Positions 36,415-49,590 of a DNA stretch of 64,000 nucleotides are shown piece after piece. Within the stretch, counting starts at the first letter, position 1. Every line of letters starts with the position of its first letter. The stretch covers positions 134,416,001 to 134,480,000 of the forward strand of contig NC_042997.1 in assembly GCF_006345805.1 (NCBI RefSeq). Reading direction: 5' to 3'. The notes beneath the pieces were generated by a model. It did no database searches, had not been told where the DNA came from, and worked only from the letters and a program-made list of their open reading frames with translations. The translations under genes were made by a program, and so were the position numbers. The stretch is from Octopus sinensis. Its lineage: Eukaryota.

Positions 36415-37334
36415 CGAAAGAAGGAGAGAGAAATACAAGTTTATATGTTGTTATTTTTACCAGCCTTATTTGTAAATGTAGGGCAGTTAGACTTCTCACA
36501 GAGAAAGTAAAGCTATAAATATAATTTGTTAAATATATAAAATTTTAATTATTTACTATTCATTAGAAATGCGGCGGTGTTTCAGAATAGCTATCTCTAC
36601 CTTCTGAGGAGCAAAAACAAGCACGGAAATAGGGGAGGCGGGCAGAAACTCTGAGAAAAAATTATTCTTTCAGAATCTTAATTGCCGTTGTATGAAATAT
36701 GGGATTATGGAAAAAAAATGAGAGAAAAAAAAGACCCACGTAATTCCTGCCCTTCTTTCTCAGGAAATAGTGGTAGGTCTTCCGTATGCTCGCTATATGT
36801 GACTTTTAAGTCTTGTTAGGAACTTGAACACTTTTGCAGAGATGTAACAACAATGGGTGCCTCTTACAACATGTATTTAGAAAGCTTACCATACGTTGAT
36901 ATCTGCCTTCATTCTAACACGGAATTTTTCATTGAGTGTTTTTCTGTCTCGGTTGCGGCCAGCCACTGAATGCATTCATGATAAAGATATTAACTGATAT
37001 GTTGAGAATTAAGCAATGCCTGTGCCTCAAGCTTTTTAAAGTTAGGAAAGGCGTTGGATAGGACCAATTTCAGTCTATGAACAACATACACTCCTCCCCA
37101 GTAAACGAAACAAAACTGGTTAACATCAGTGCTAACAAACGAATTTTTCCTTCTAGAGAGGTATCTAAGCAAAGACTAGGTATCTCTTACACTCAACTAT
37201 TGGATGGCCACTGTCTCCACTGAATCGCCCTTTGACAGGCTTTGTAATGGTGTTGGTTTTGTCACGGACGGCCTTTCCATGCAACAAGTTTAACTAGATT
37301 AGTTAATGCTATCCGTAGCACCTAGAATAATTTG

Positions 37335-37385
37335 TCATACGTACATGCATGCATATACACATACATACATACATACATACATACA

Positions 37386-37421
<36 letters not shown>

Positions 37422-37918
37422 TACATACATACATACACACATACACACATACACACACATACACACACATACATACACACATACATACACACATACATGC
37501 ACAAATACATACACACATACATACACACATACACACATACATACATACATACATACATCCATACATACATACATACATACATGCACAAATACATACACAC
37601 ATACACACATACATACATACATATATACATACATACATACATACATACATACATACATACATACACACATACCTACATACATACATACATACATACATAC
37701 ATACATACATACATACAAACATACATACACACATACACACATACATACATACATACATACATACATACATACATACATACATACATACATACACACATAC
37801 ACACATACATACATACATACATACATACATACATACATACATACATACACACATACACACATACATACATACATACATACATACATACATACATACATTC
37901 GTACATACATATATATAG
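37335..37918. repeat. Long compound (CATA)n/(CACATA)n microsatellite
   Basis: Direct inspection. Confidence 0.95.
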
Positions 37919-38145
37919 GTACACTTAAACAAACACATATGCATATTTCTGTTGTGAAAATTTTACATATTTTCTAAATATTTGTTGATAGAACGGGCAA
38001 GGTGTCCGAAAAGTCATATTTTAGTCCGAAGAGTGATATTTGCAGTAAAAAAAGACAAAACAAAACCACGCCAAAATCATTAATTAGGAAGATTTAGACC
38101 AATCATGTACATTTTATGCATACCCTACCTACCCGTAACTTGTCA

Positions 38146-38640
38146 ATATACATGATCTCGCATTATATAATATTATATGAATATATATTATCTCGCATTA
38201 TATATTATTAGATGAATATATATGATCTCGCATTATATAATATAAGATGAATATATATGATCTCGTATTATATAATATTAGATGAATATATATATATGTT
38301 CTCGTATTATATAATATTATATGAATATATATGATCTCGCATTATATAATATTAGATGAATATATATGATCTCGCATTATATAATATAAGATGAATATAT
38401 ATGTTCTCGTATTATATAATATTATATGAATATATATGATCTCGTATTATATAGTATTTGATGAATATATATATGATCTCGCATTATATAATATAAGATG
38501 AATATATATGATCTCGTATTATATAATATTAGATGAATATATATGATCTCGCATTATATAATATTAGATGAATATATATATATGATCTCGTATTATATTA
38601 TATTAGATGAATATATATGATCTCGTATTATATAATATTC
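38146..38640. repeat. AT-rich minisatellite, 14 units of ~35-37 bp
   Basis: Unit approx. atgaatatatatgatctcg(c/t)attatataatattag; 14 CTCG anchors counted. Confidence 0.9.
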
Positions 38641-40724
38641 AAAATATTATATAATATTAATTTAGTTTTGTTCAAACTTCAGTATGAATGGTAAATCTAG
38701 AGTGTGAGATATGTTGGAAACAACCAATACATGCCACAATATTTGGTGCGAATATTTCTAATGTTAATTATTACGCAAGTACATCAATTCCACTTTCGAA
38801 ATATCCACAATAAGTTATTCATATGTCAAATAATATTGTATGTTGTATATATGGATTGAATATACAAACTATGTAACAAAATATTTCAATTTAATGCATA
38901 TTTGTAAGACAAAGATGCTATACATAAAATTTAAAGGTTTTCAAATTTTATTATTGTTGTGTGGAGGTCCCCAGACGATGAAGTAGGCTAGCCCAAAACA
39001 TAGATATAGAGGGAGAAGTCTAGACGCCAAGGTAGACTAGAATGGAGTAGTGTTGAGGAGTTGAGTAGAGATAATTCGAACGTGCGACATAACAATTATA
39101 AATATGGAATCCATTTCTCTAACCTTCAAATATAAAAACAAATGTTTGAGTGTCTGTATTTGTAACAGTAAATAAACATATACATACACAGGATCAGTGT
39201 GACATATTAGACTACGTAGACAACAGTTAAGAACGCTAAAATCTGGGGGCCACTGCACAAATTCTGAACTACTTGAAATTTCTTAATGCAACAAAAACAC
39301 GAAATCGCAGTAAGAAAGGGAGCAAGAATGATGACTCCTGGAACGGAGGAGAACAGAGGAAAGGGTTTTAGTGGGACGGATAAGACGAGAAGGTTTTGTG
39401 GAATTATGAACTGTCACATATTCTGTTGTGTCTGGGGAGAGTCATTTTCTTTTTGTGCCTTATAAATTTAACACACACACGCACCGATAAAATTTCCACT
39501 TATTTTTACTTTTATTTTTCTAAAATTTTCGTTAAGATGCAACGAAAATATTTAGAAAATAAAAATAAGAAATAAGTGGAAATTTTACCGGTGAGTGTGT
39601 TACATTATAAGACACAAAAAGAAAATGACTATCCCTAGATACAACAGAATATGCTTCAACACACGATCTCATATAAAGAATCTTGCAAACCAAATCCAAA
39701 ACCGAAATTGTCACTTAATTTGTCGGAAAACATTTCGAATTTTTTCTCGATACACTAAAGACATTTATTCAGCGATAAGCATGATAATAAAAGCTAACAG
39801 TAATATCGCAACTGCATTTTTCATTTGCTGTAAAAAGAGTGGTGACTGAAGGAATTTGTGTGAAAAATTGTTAAAGGGGACTAGGTGAAATGGTGTACAA
39901 TGTAGGACTACAAGAAGGAAGTACTCCGTGGAGCCGATGTAAGGAGAGTACTTTGCAGAGCTCTGAGAAAGGACCAGTCTTGCAAAAGCCTGAAAATTCC
40001 TGATGACAATACTTCAGTACTGTAACACTAATTTATAAAGAAACCATTAAAACATGTAATTTCAGTAATTTCTTGGTTATCTTCAGCAGATTTGCACAGT
40101 TTGTAGTGCACTTTTTCGCAGTTTAAATGTAACTACCTTTATACTTACTTACATAAATACATTTTGACGAAATTAGGAGTGTCGACCTGCGAATTCACAC
40201 ATTTATATGTCTGCCTACTACCACTCTAAATGCTTTTGTTATAAATCTATTTTGTTTCTCTCACTTCGTTTCTCCCTTACCTTCATAATGACAATGACTT
40301 TACTTATTATTAACAAACAAAAGAAAAAAGAAAAAGAGAGTATCGTACACTAGCTCAGTGTATATTATGTCATCCGCCAGCTCTCTTCAACACTTTAAAT
40401 GACTTTTCATTTAAAACTTTATCGAAAGTTATATCTTATGCAACTCTATAAAATAAATAACAGTAATATTAGAAATATTAAATTTCTAAATATCTCATAG
40501 AGATATGTGCGGTGGTGGGGCGATAGAGTGGTTGTATACTGTCAACTTAACGTGACAGTAAGGGGAGAGGGGGGATTACACCACCGCTGTTTAGCCCTAG
40601 GAAGCATCGACGCTTACTGTCGTCCTTGACACATTTCCTGTGTCCTTATATATTTACGAAGGGGAGACAAACACCCCCAACAGCTAGGCTTGTTCGTAAA
40701 CTTATATATATATATATATTATAT

Positions 40725-40770
<46 letters not shown>

Positions 40771-41231
40771 ATATATATATCTGTAAAAATAATGTGTGAC
40801 AATTATTCAATAGCGAAGATAAAACTCTGAGTTTCAGATGCCGAGGTGGAAATCCACAACACCATCTCTTCGGATATATATATCGTTGGCGATTTTTAAT
40901 ATTTTAAAATTAAAAACGTTTACCATCTCAACTATTTCCCAGACCGACGGTCTGTATGTCTGAAAACTAAAAGGCTGTCCCACTGAAGAAAGCTGACCTT
41001 CAGCAAATACTTTTTTCTGGAAATAGTTAGAAACCGTCGGTCTGGGAAATAGTTGAGATGGTAAACGTTTTTAATTTTCATTCCTTTCGTGAATTTATCC
41101 TTTTTTGTGGTCTTGAGATTTCTACTGCTCTTTCTAGAACAACGCTTTCCTATTTGGAAGGCTCTTAATGTATTTCTACATGAATTAGGCCACTGGTAAT
41201 AATAATTTATTATTTTATTATTACCCTATTT

Positions 41232-41308
<77 letters not shown>

Positions 41309-41441
41309 GTATGTATATGTATATGTCTCTGTGTGTGTGCATGTGTTGAAAATGAATTATCTTAAATGTATTTATTCGGACAAATATATATAATATTGAA
41401 AGTAAAATACACCACTTGATTAACATTATTTCTTTTCACAG

Positions 41442-41960
41442 TTTGTAAACTACTTTCTCCTCAACTTTATCTTGACTGTATCTTCGGCACCAACGCAGAC
41501 CAAATGTGAAATACCAACGGACCTGATAGTCCATTACAACAGTTTGTCCGGTGCATCTATTGGCAAAAACTTTTTTCTATCAGCTGAAATGGCTCCAGCA
41601 GGAAGTGACCAGCAACCACAAACCGATGGGGATAAAACTTGTCCAACATCTCTGGTTTCTACTAATATCGTCCGCGAACGTTCAACCTGCCCTTGGTATC
41701 TTAAAATTATCAATGATTCATCAGTTTTTCCCCCATCACGTACTGAAGGGGTGTGTCGCTGTAGAAACTGTCTAGGCTCTGACAACAACCACCAATGTGT
41801 AACAGTATATACTAAAACGACTGTCCTGAAACGTACAGGTAAATGTGTTGATGGATTGTACGTGTATAGACCAAGTGTGATTCAAGTACCCACAGCCTGT
41901 GTCTGTGCAAAGAAATTCGATATCATTTCTAGCGAAAATGACCACCTTTACGAGTCGTAA
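41442..41960 (+). CDS. IL17: Interleukin-17-family cytokine, terminal coding exon (paralogue 2)
   Basis: Acceptor ttcttttcacag|41442 gives in-frame FVNYFLLNFILTVSSA. Motifs RSTCPWY..D..PPSRTEGVCRC, VLKR, VPTACVCA. First exon not found. Confidence 0.9.
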   Translation, partial: FVNYFLLNFILTVSSAPTQTKCEIPTDLIVHYNSLSGASIGKNFFLSAEMAPAGSDQQPQTDGDKTCPTSLVSTNIVRERSTCPWYLKIINDSSVFPPSRTEGVCRCRNCLGSDNNHQCVTVYTKTTVLKRTGKCVDGLYVYRPSVIQVPTACVCAKKFDIISSENDHLYES

Positions 41961-42309
41961 AAACACCAAGCTACCATTTTGAAATGCGTGTAACGCAAAT
42001 GTCATTCATAATTTTATGAATCTTAAAGTAAACCACTATGTGGTTATTATATTATTTCTTATATTTTGTTAATACCTTTAATATATGCAACTGTTTTATA
42101 TTTCATAATCATAAATATATTCAATGAAATCCCAAGTGATTACTATGTAATCAATTAAAATTGTTAGCATATTGTTAACTATGTCGTTATCTAAATAACA
42201 GTATGTTATTTAATCATAAATGTACATATTAATCTATAATATATAACTGCGCTAGACGCAGCGTCACTCTTTGTTTAATCGCATATTCACGCCCATTTAC
42301 ACACACACG

Positions 42310-42350
<41 letters not shown>

Positions 42351-42551
42351 CAAGAAAACCTACTCTTGGTTATTGGCGCGAGCTGGAAGAACAATTTGCA
42401 CGCTAGGCGAAATGCATAGCAGCATTTCGTCCGTCTTCACGTTCTGAGTTCAAATTCCGACGAGGTCGACTTCGCTTTTCATCATTTCGGAGTCCATGAA
42501 AGATTTTGTCGTAATCTACAATTTGACATAAAATATCAAATAATAAACGTT

Positions 42552-42592
<41 letters not shown>

Positions 42593-42831
42593 GCACACAC
42601 AAACATGTGTATATAAAATCATATTCCATTTATAGTCTCCAAATCAAGAGTTTTTGCCATCTTGCATTTCTAAAAACTGGACAAACAGTCCTCGAGGCAC
42701 CGGTCTATGGCACGTGCACCTCATCTTTAGTAATGTTAATGGCGGAACGTTAAAATGGGCTTCCAGACTCATGTATAATAGATGCCGGCTGGTCCGGTAA
42801 TCTCGTGTTCAAAAGTTGAACTCTTAGGCCA

Positions 42832-42887
<56 letters not shown>

Positions 42888-43808
42888 AAGTCTATTTAAA
42901 TATAACAAATTTTGCTTTTATTGTATATACCTATATATAAAAGTCTATAATAACTTCAAGCAACGTTAAAAATTCATAAATGTATCTTATATATTATATA
43001 TAATACTAAAAATTTCATTCAAAGAAAATTGATACATATATATTGTGTTGTACATATTAATTTGCTATTAAAACCTGCTTTTTATATCAATTTATATTTA
43101 AATAAAAACATTAAATAATATTTTAACTCGTTGATATTTTCTTGAATTAATTCAATGGTGTTACTTCTCTCTAGCCATAACAATTTATCAATATGCATTT
43201 GTAAGTTCACATTATAATGCTGCTTGTATTACAATTACTGTAATTTAACGTATATTTCATACATAAAGTACCATTTCGAATAACTTCCTTTATTTCGATT
43301 ATCAGTCGTAACAATTAATGTAATTTCTGATAGTTTCGCATTCCACCAAACTGATGAGCAGTATTGACTGTCAGAAAATTCCCAAATTCTTTTAGATCAC
43401 ATTATACCTATGATATATTCATGCAGCCTCCATATTAACCGAACAACAAAAACAACAACCTTTAAGTGTTCATTTTGTTTTAACTCTTTGTAAGGTTTCG
43501 CTTTTGCTCGCCCTTTATTTCTCTCACATATCCATCGCAAAGCTTTCCTCTGATGCTACTCCGTGGAGATCAACCATCGTTTTGATATCATTAATCCATT
43601 TTCTAGCTAAAAACCGAAAACATAATTCAGGGAAGAACTACACTCTGCCATCATAGCAGTTCATGCGGCTCATTAAGACTCTCATATTTTAAGCAACTCC
43701 ATTTATCAATGGTCTCCTTACTGCTTTCCATTAGACCATCAAATCAAGAATCAGAATGTTCAGTTGATTCGATTAATGGAACAGCTTGCGCATGAAATAA
43801 ATAAATAA

Positions 43809-43849
<41 letters not shown>

Positions 43850-43904
43850 CATATGTATATATACATACACACACACACGCATGCACACACACACACAGAT
43901 ACAC

Positions 43905-43944
<40 letters not shown>

Positions 43945-44538
43945 ACACATATATACGATATATCGTTAGCCACTACACACATTTTTTTCTCTCCCTGTTT
44001 TTTTCTGTGTCCCTTTCTATAGAAGAGCGTACGCTCGAAACGTAAAAGACTTTTTCTATTCCTGAGCGTTATACTAATACATCTATTTGTTTTGTACACA
44101 ACCTGTCTTCGTCTTTTCTTTTTTTCGTAAACTCTCCCTATATATATATATATGCATATATATATAATTTATATTATTTGATTAAACGCCACGCATCCAT
44201 TTGCAAGTAAGTTTATCTTAATATTTCTGATGCCTCTACCCTATATTGTTCTCTCCCCCATCGTTTTCTCTCATCCTTTCTGTATTTCGTTTATACTCTT
44301 CTTCACCCTTTTCTATCTATCTCTCACCCCCTCTTTCTCCTTTACTCCCTCTCTCTCGTTGCTCACATGTGACCATCGTCCATCTTTTTATTCTTCACGT
44401 GATCATCTTTCTTTTTCTTCAGGGCTATCGTACAGACTGCACGTAACCTATCTGTCTCTTTCAAAATTATGATGCTATGATGCTAGGTGTTTCCATTATT
44501 TTGTCCAGCCCCTGTATATATAACTTTTCAGAACCCCC

Positions 44539-44609
<71 letters not shown>

Positions 44610-45171
44610 TGAAAAGCCTGATTGTAAGGGTGTCTCGAAAGGCCTGGTTGGAGGCTCGACATACTTTTACAAGGTGAAGGACCGCTGCAACAGGTATGTG
44701 AATCTGAAAAGAGAATATGTTGAATAAAATAATAAACTGATCCTCCAGTATTTTTACTTACTCAAAGCCAGAAACTTTTCAGTACTCCCACGTATATACA
44801 CGTGTTTATGCATTTGGTTCTGTTTAAAAACTGTAAATATATGCCATTCAAGTGTAAAATGAATTCATTCCAATCGTCTTAATTTCTACTTCTTCATAGT
44901 CCTTTACACTAAACGGTTTTCGCCTTACTTAGGACTTAAGAATTTTTAAAAAAATGTATAATGAACAGTAGCGTGGATACAGTAACAGAACGCCGTATTA
45001 CAGCGGTGTTCGCTTTCAGAGGATTTCTCGAAGCGAATATCGTTATATTACCGGCATTCTAATAATTAAGCAACGTCAAGTAGGTTACAAAGATTACCAG
45101 ATCGGTCCGTCTATTTGTTTGTCTGTCTGTCTCTTTCTGTCATTGCCTGTCTGTCTTTCTCTATCTATCTT

Positions 45172-45267
<96 letters not shown>

Positions 45268-45329
45268 AATATACACCATATATCTATCAAAATATACACC
45301 AAAGCACCCAACACACGAATACCAACGCC

Positions 45330-48105
45330 ATGTCAACCGATGAATATAAGAGGCCTTCTATAGAACAGCAACGAAACTGAGCATCTGAAAAACCTTTCTG
45401 CATGTAATCAAGCTATATGCATTGCACTTACAGAAACACATCTATTTGCAGACATAAGTGATGCGGAGATACACATATCAATGTATACTATCTTCCGTAC
45501 AGACAGAAGAAAAAGAAGTCACGGTGGAGTTGCAATGTACATCCGAAAAGAGGTCACACCATTAAGCCTGTTATCGAACTCGATGTGTGATACACTCATA
45601 GTACATCTAAAGCAACTTGATATAGTGATGTGCACAGTATATATCCCAGCCTCAAAATTCTGATGGAAAATCTGAGGAAAGCCTCAGTGCGGTAAAGAAA
45701 GTATTAACACAATTGGATCAATGTACTACTATATTCCTGATGGGTGACAATATTCTCCACAATATTCTCAGACCATAACATGATAGAACTAACGATGTAT
45801 GGTCCGGAATTAACTAAAGATAAACTCCGCACAGATGGCGCTCAAACTCTATCCAGCCTAAATTTCTATAAGGTTGACTGAAAGTCACTTAAGAAACTGA
45901 TACTCCAGCAGGACTGGTCTAAAAGCCTCTCTACGCAAGACATAGATATGAAACTTAATAAATTCATGTCAATAATGCGAGCCATATGCATTAAATATGT
46001 CCCAGAGAAGGGAGCTAATACGCACAAAAACATCATTTCCCTCGAGACAGGAGAATACTCATGCGGCGGAGAATAAAGATCTTGAATCGTTTAAACAAAC
46101 ACCTTAATGACAGTGTCACATCCCACTTGACAGATGAACTCTTCGAGATAGAAAATAAACTCAAACTCTCCCATGAAAAAGAAAGAGAAAAAAGAGAAAC
46201 CTGGGCAGTCGAAAATATAAAGCCTTCTACACGTTGGTGAGTCTACCTCAGTACGCTATAAGGTAGGCCCACTATTTGTTAAAAACGGCACACTAACTGC
46301 AGACCCGGGGAATATAATTGAAGCAGTAAATAAACAATTTCAAAGTGTTTTCACTTCTCCACTGGAAAATATGCAAATAAACTAGCCAAAGGAGTTTTTC
46401 AGCGTAATGAATCTATTCGGAAAAGAGGCAACCATCGATTACATCAAAATAACAGAAGAGGATGTTATATCGGCCATTGATGAGATGAGATCAAACTCAG
46501 CAAGAGGTCCAGATAGACTCCCAGCTGTTCTCTTAAAGACATGTAAAAAGGCTCTTGAAAAGCCACTGCAGATGCTCTTTCAGAGTTTCCTTGCATGTGG
46601 TAGACTTCCCAACATGGTAAAAGAGGGTATAATATGCCCTGTCCATAAAAGAAGGAACAGAGCAGATGCTAAAAACTACAGGCCCATCTCTCTGACCTCA
46701 CATGTTAGCAAGACAATGAAATGCATGGGCAGAAAAAGGCTAATCACGTGCCTAGAAGAAAACAACATTCTACAAACACGCAACATGGCTTCCGTCCAGA
46801 GAGGAGCTGCCTCACACAGCTGCTGCAGCTCTTTGACTGAGTTCTGAAGCAACAGCCAAACCAGTCAGCTGTAGACGTGATATACCTCGACTTTGACAAG
46901 GCTTTCGACAAGGTTGATCGTGGCATGATAAGTCACAAGCTGCGAAACTTTGGTATTACCTGGAAACTGGGAAAGTGACAGAAGGATTTTTCTGAAGGGC
47001 AGGAGTCAGACAGTTGTAGCCAATGGGGCTCACTCTGAAGAGACACCAATTATCAGCGGAGTCCCACAGGAACTGTATTGGGGCCACTACCATATATGGT
47101 GGCCCTTTCAGACATGCCCTCCGCGGTACAGTCAGCCAATCTGACAAGTTATGCTGACGATACAAAAGTATCGCAGGTAGTTAGGAACCCAGATGACATC
47201 ATAAACCTGCAGAAGGGCCTGAACGAAATTTACAAATAGGCTAACAAAAATAACATGCAATTCAATGCTATGAAATTCCAGGAACTCAATTGTCGGTCCA
47301 GCACTAGGCTAAAATCGGAATACACTGGACAAGAAATTAATATGATCCCAGAGTCAGTGTCAGTGCGTGACCTGGAGGCTCGCATGAGCAATGATGCAAC
47401 ATTCCATGTGCATATTACCAATATGGCATCATTGTGCTGGTTGGATTCTGAGGACATTCAGAACCAGGAAAAGGGAAGCCCTGCCATCCCTATGGAAGAC
47501 TTTCGTTCTCAGATGCTTGGACTACTGCTCGCAACTATGGTCCCCAGAGAGTGTGAAACAAACTGTGAAATTCGAAGCAATCCAGCGCCAATACACAAAG
47601 AAGATTGATTCGATGCAAAAAATGGGCTACTGAGAGAGGCTAAAGGAGCTGAGTATCTATTCCTTGGAGAGAAGACGAGAGAGATATGCGGGGATATATA
47701 TTTGGAAGATCTTGGAGGGTTTAAGTTCCCAATTTTAGAATTGACAGCTATAGCAATCCTCGAACTGGACGGCACTGCATCATACCAAAGATCCCGTCTT
47801 CCCCATCTAAAACAGCACAGTACGGCAACAGTCTTGATTTGAAGGGTCTGCAAACTGTTCAACCTCCTTCCAGGCAACCATAGATGTATACATGGTGTTG
47901 ATGTGGAAGTTTTCAAAGAACGTCTGGACAGGTTTTATCTGAGATACCAGATGAACCCACATCGCGGCAGGAGAATGCAAAGAAGAGCAGCTCTGTCCAA
48001 CTCGCTACTTCACCAAAAACAGTACCGGAAGCAACACCGAGTAATTACAGGTGGTGCACCAGCATGACCTCAGCCCTGAACTGAAACCAGTAAAAGATAA
48101 AAGAT
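45330..48105 (+). mobile_element. CR1-type LINE, nearly whole ORF2 (APE+RT) and 3' tail, many frameshifts and stops
   Basis: NIRGL, LTETHL, RTDRRKRSHGGVA, GPDRLPAVLLK, NYRPISLTSHVSK, YLDFDKAFDKV, YADDTK, DYCSQLWSP; tail at 48050-48100. Confidence 0.9.
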
Positions 48106-49109
48106 ACTTATGTAAAAATACACCATCGTTATGCATTTATCTTGATATATAAATATCGGCATAGAATTAGAGGCGTGCATTTCCCTAAAATAATATGATA
48201 TAAATGTAAAAACACTAGTCAGAAAAACTACAGAAAACCCTAAGAAATATTTAACGTAAAAAAAGCCCCTCAATCGAATCCTTCCTCAAACATCAAGTTT
48301 AATATTTCGGCATTTCTTCGTTTTAACTCGACAAACCAAAACAGACACTCGGTTGTTTCCGTGACAACTCAACAATTCACTTCGGATATCTTCGTGACCT
48401 CCTTGACAGCTGCAGTGACACTCATACAGGTAAAAACAAGCACGCACGCACGCACGCACACACAGACACACAGACAAGAACAAGTACGCAACACAACCCT
48501 TTAGCTTTCTTCTCCTCCTCCCAGTTTAGCAGCTGTCACAGAGGTCACGAAGATATCCGAAGTGAATTGTCGAGTTGTCACGGAAACAACCGAGTGTTTG
48601 TTTTGGTTTTGTCGAGTTAAAACAAAAGAACGCCTTCTTATCAAAAATCTCATAACAGTAACACCAGTTCAACCTGAAATGTGCGACCAACCATTTTATT
48701 TGCATGTTTTTGTGAACCCTAAAATACAAAACAAACTTGCAATACAAAGAATGTTCTGACCTGAATTCGATACTGCTGTCTGTAAAGTTACATCCACGCT
48801 TGACTGCAACCGAAAAAATTACAAAATTCCGATACCAAGCCGAAAAAATATCTCTCAAAGTAACATTCCTTCAAATCTACAAGCCTTCCACACACACATA
48901 TCTTCCTACTATTTTCTTTTATAAACTCTTCCAACACAACTAGTTTCAGTTTTACATCTAGTACTGCTAATGATCATTCCGCATAACTCCTCTTAACCAG
49001 CAATAAACCAATTTTCCAATGATTAAATAAAGCAAAAAGTACCAAAGGAAAAAGCAGTATGACGAACGAAAACTTGCAAAAACGAAGTCACAGTCAACCT
49101 TTATATATA

Positions 49110-49315
49110 TATATTAGAAGAAATGAGGTACTCAGAAATTCGGATGGTTTTATATTTACAGATATTTATTTGTATATTACATGTTTTTATACATCATATA
49201 TCATATCTCATCATATATACATGATATATGATGTATAAAAACATGTAATATACAAATAAATATCTGTAAATATAAAACCATCCGAATTTCTGAGTACCTC
49301 ATTTCTTCTAATATA
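49110..49315. repeat. Perfect foldback hairpin (95-bp arms, 16-nt loop)
   Basis: Arms 49110-49204 and 49221-49315 are exact reverse complements as read. Confidence 0.95.
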
Positions 49316-49335
49316 AAATACCTGTACATCAAATC

Positions 49336-49431
<96 letters not shown>

Positions 49432-49590
49432 GTTGGTATGTGAAAGCACATTATGCAGTTTATTTCAAGATTTCCTGTCAATAAAGAAAGAACCGGTTTC
49501 TAGCCTAGATCCAAGGCTCCTTCATTGGAATTTCAACATCACAACAAGGTATTTTTGCATGTATGTATGTAGGTATGTATGTGCACATTG

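Noticed and set aside
36755-36767. TTTCTCAGGAAA STAT-like site in a GC-richer patch
   Set aside because: Single short motif 4.7 kb from the nearest exon, with no supporting promoter evidence.
37306-37977. Long His/Thr/Tyr/Ile- or Met/Tyr/Val/Cys-rich ORFs on both strands (also 1379-1959, 7669-8271, 14833-15462, 23139-23753, 59684-60076)
   Set aside because: Translations of (CATA)n, (TA)n, (CA)n or (TAA)n microsatellites; open in several frames simply because the repeats lack stop codons.
38146-38640. Regularly spaced ~36-bp repeats resembling a CRISPR array
   Set aside because: Units are contiguous with no unique spacers, there are no cas genes, and the context is eukaryotic.
43351-43380. 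CTGATGA + hairpin + GAAA hammerhead candidate
   Set aside because: Two extra nucleotides before GAAA, and no stem III, NUH site or stem I.
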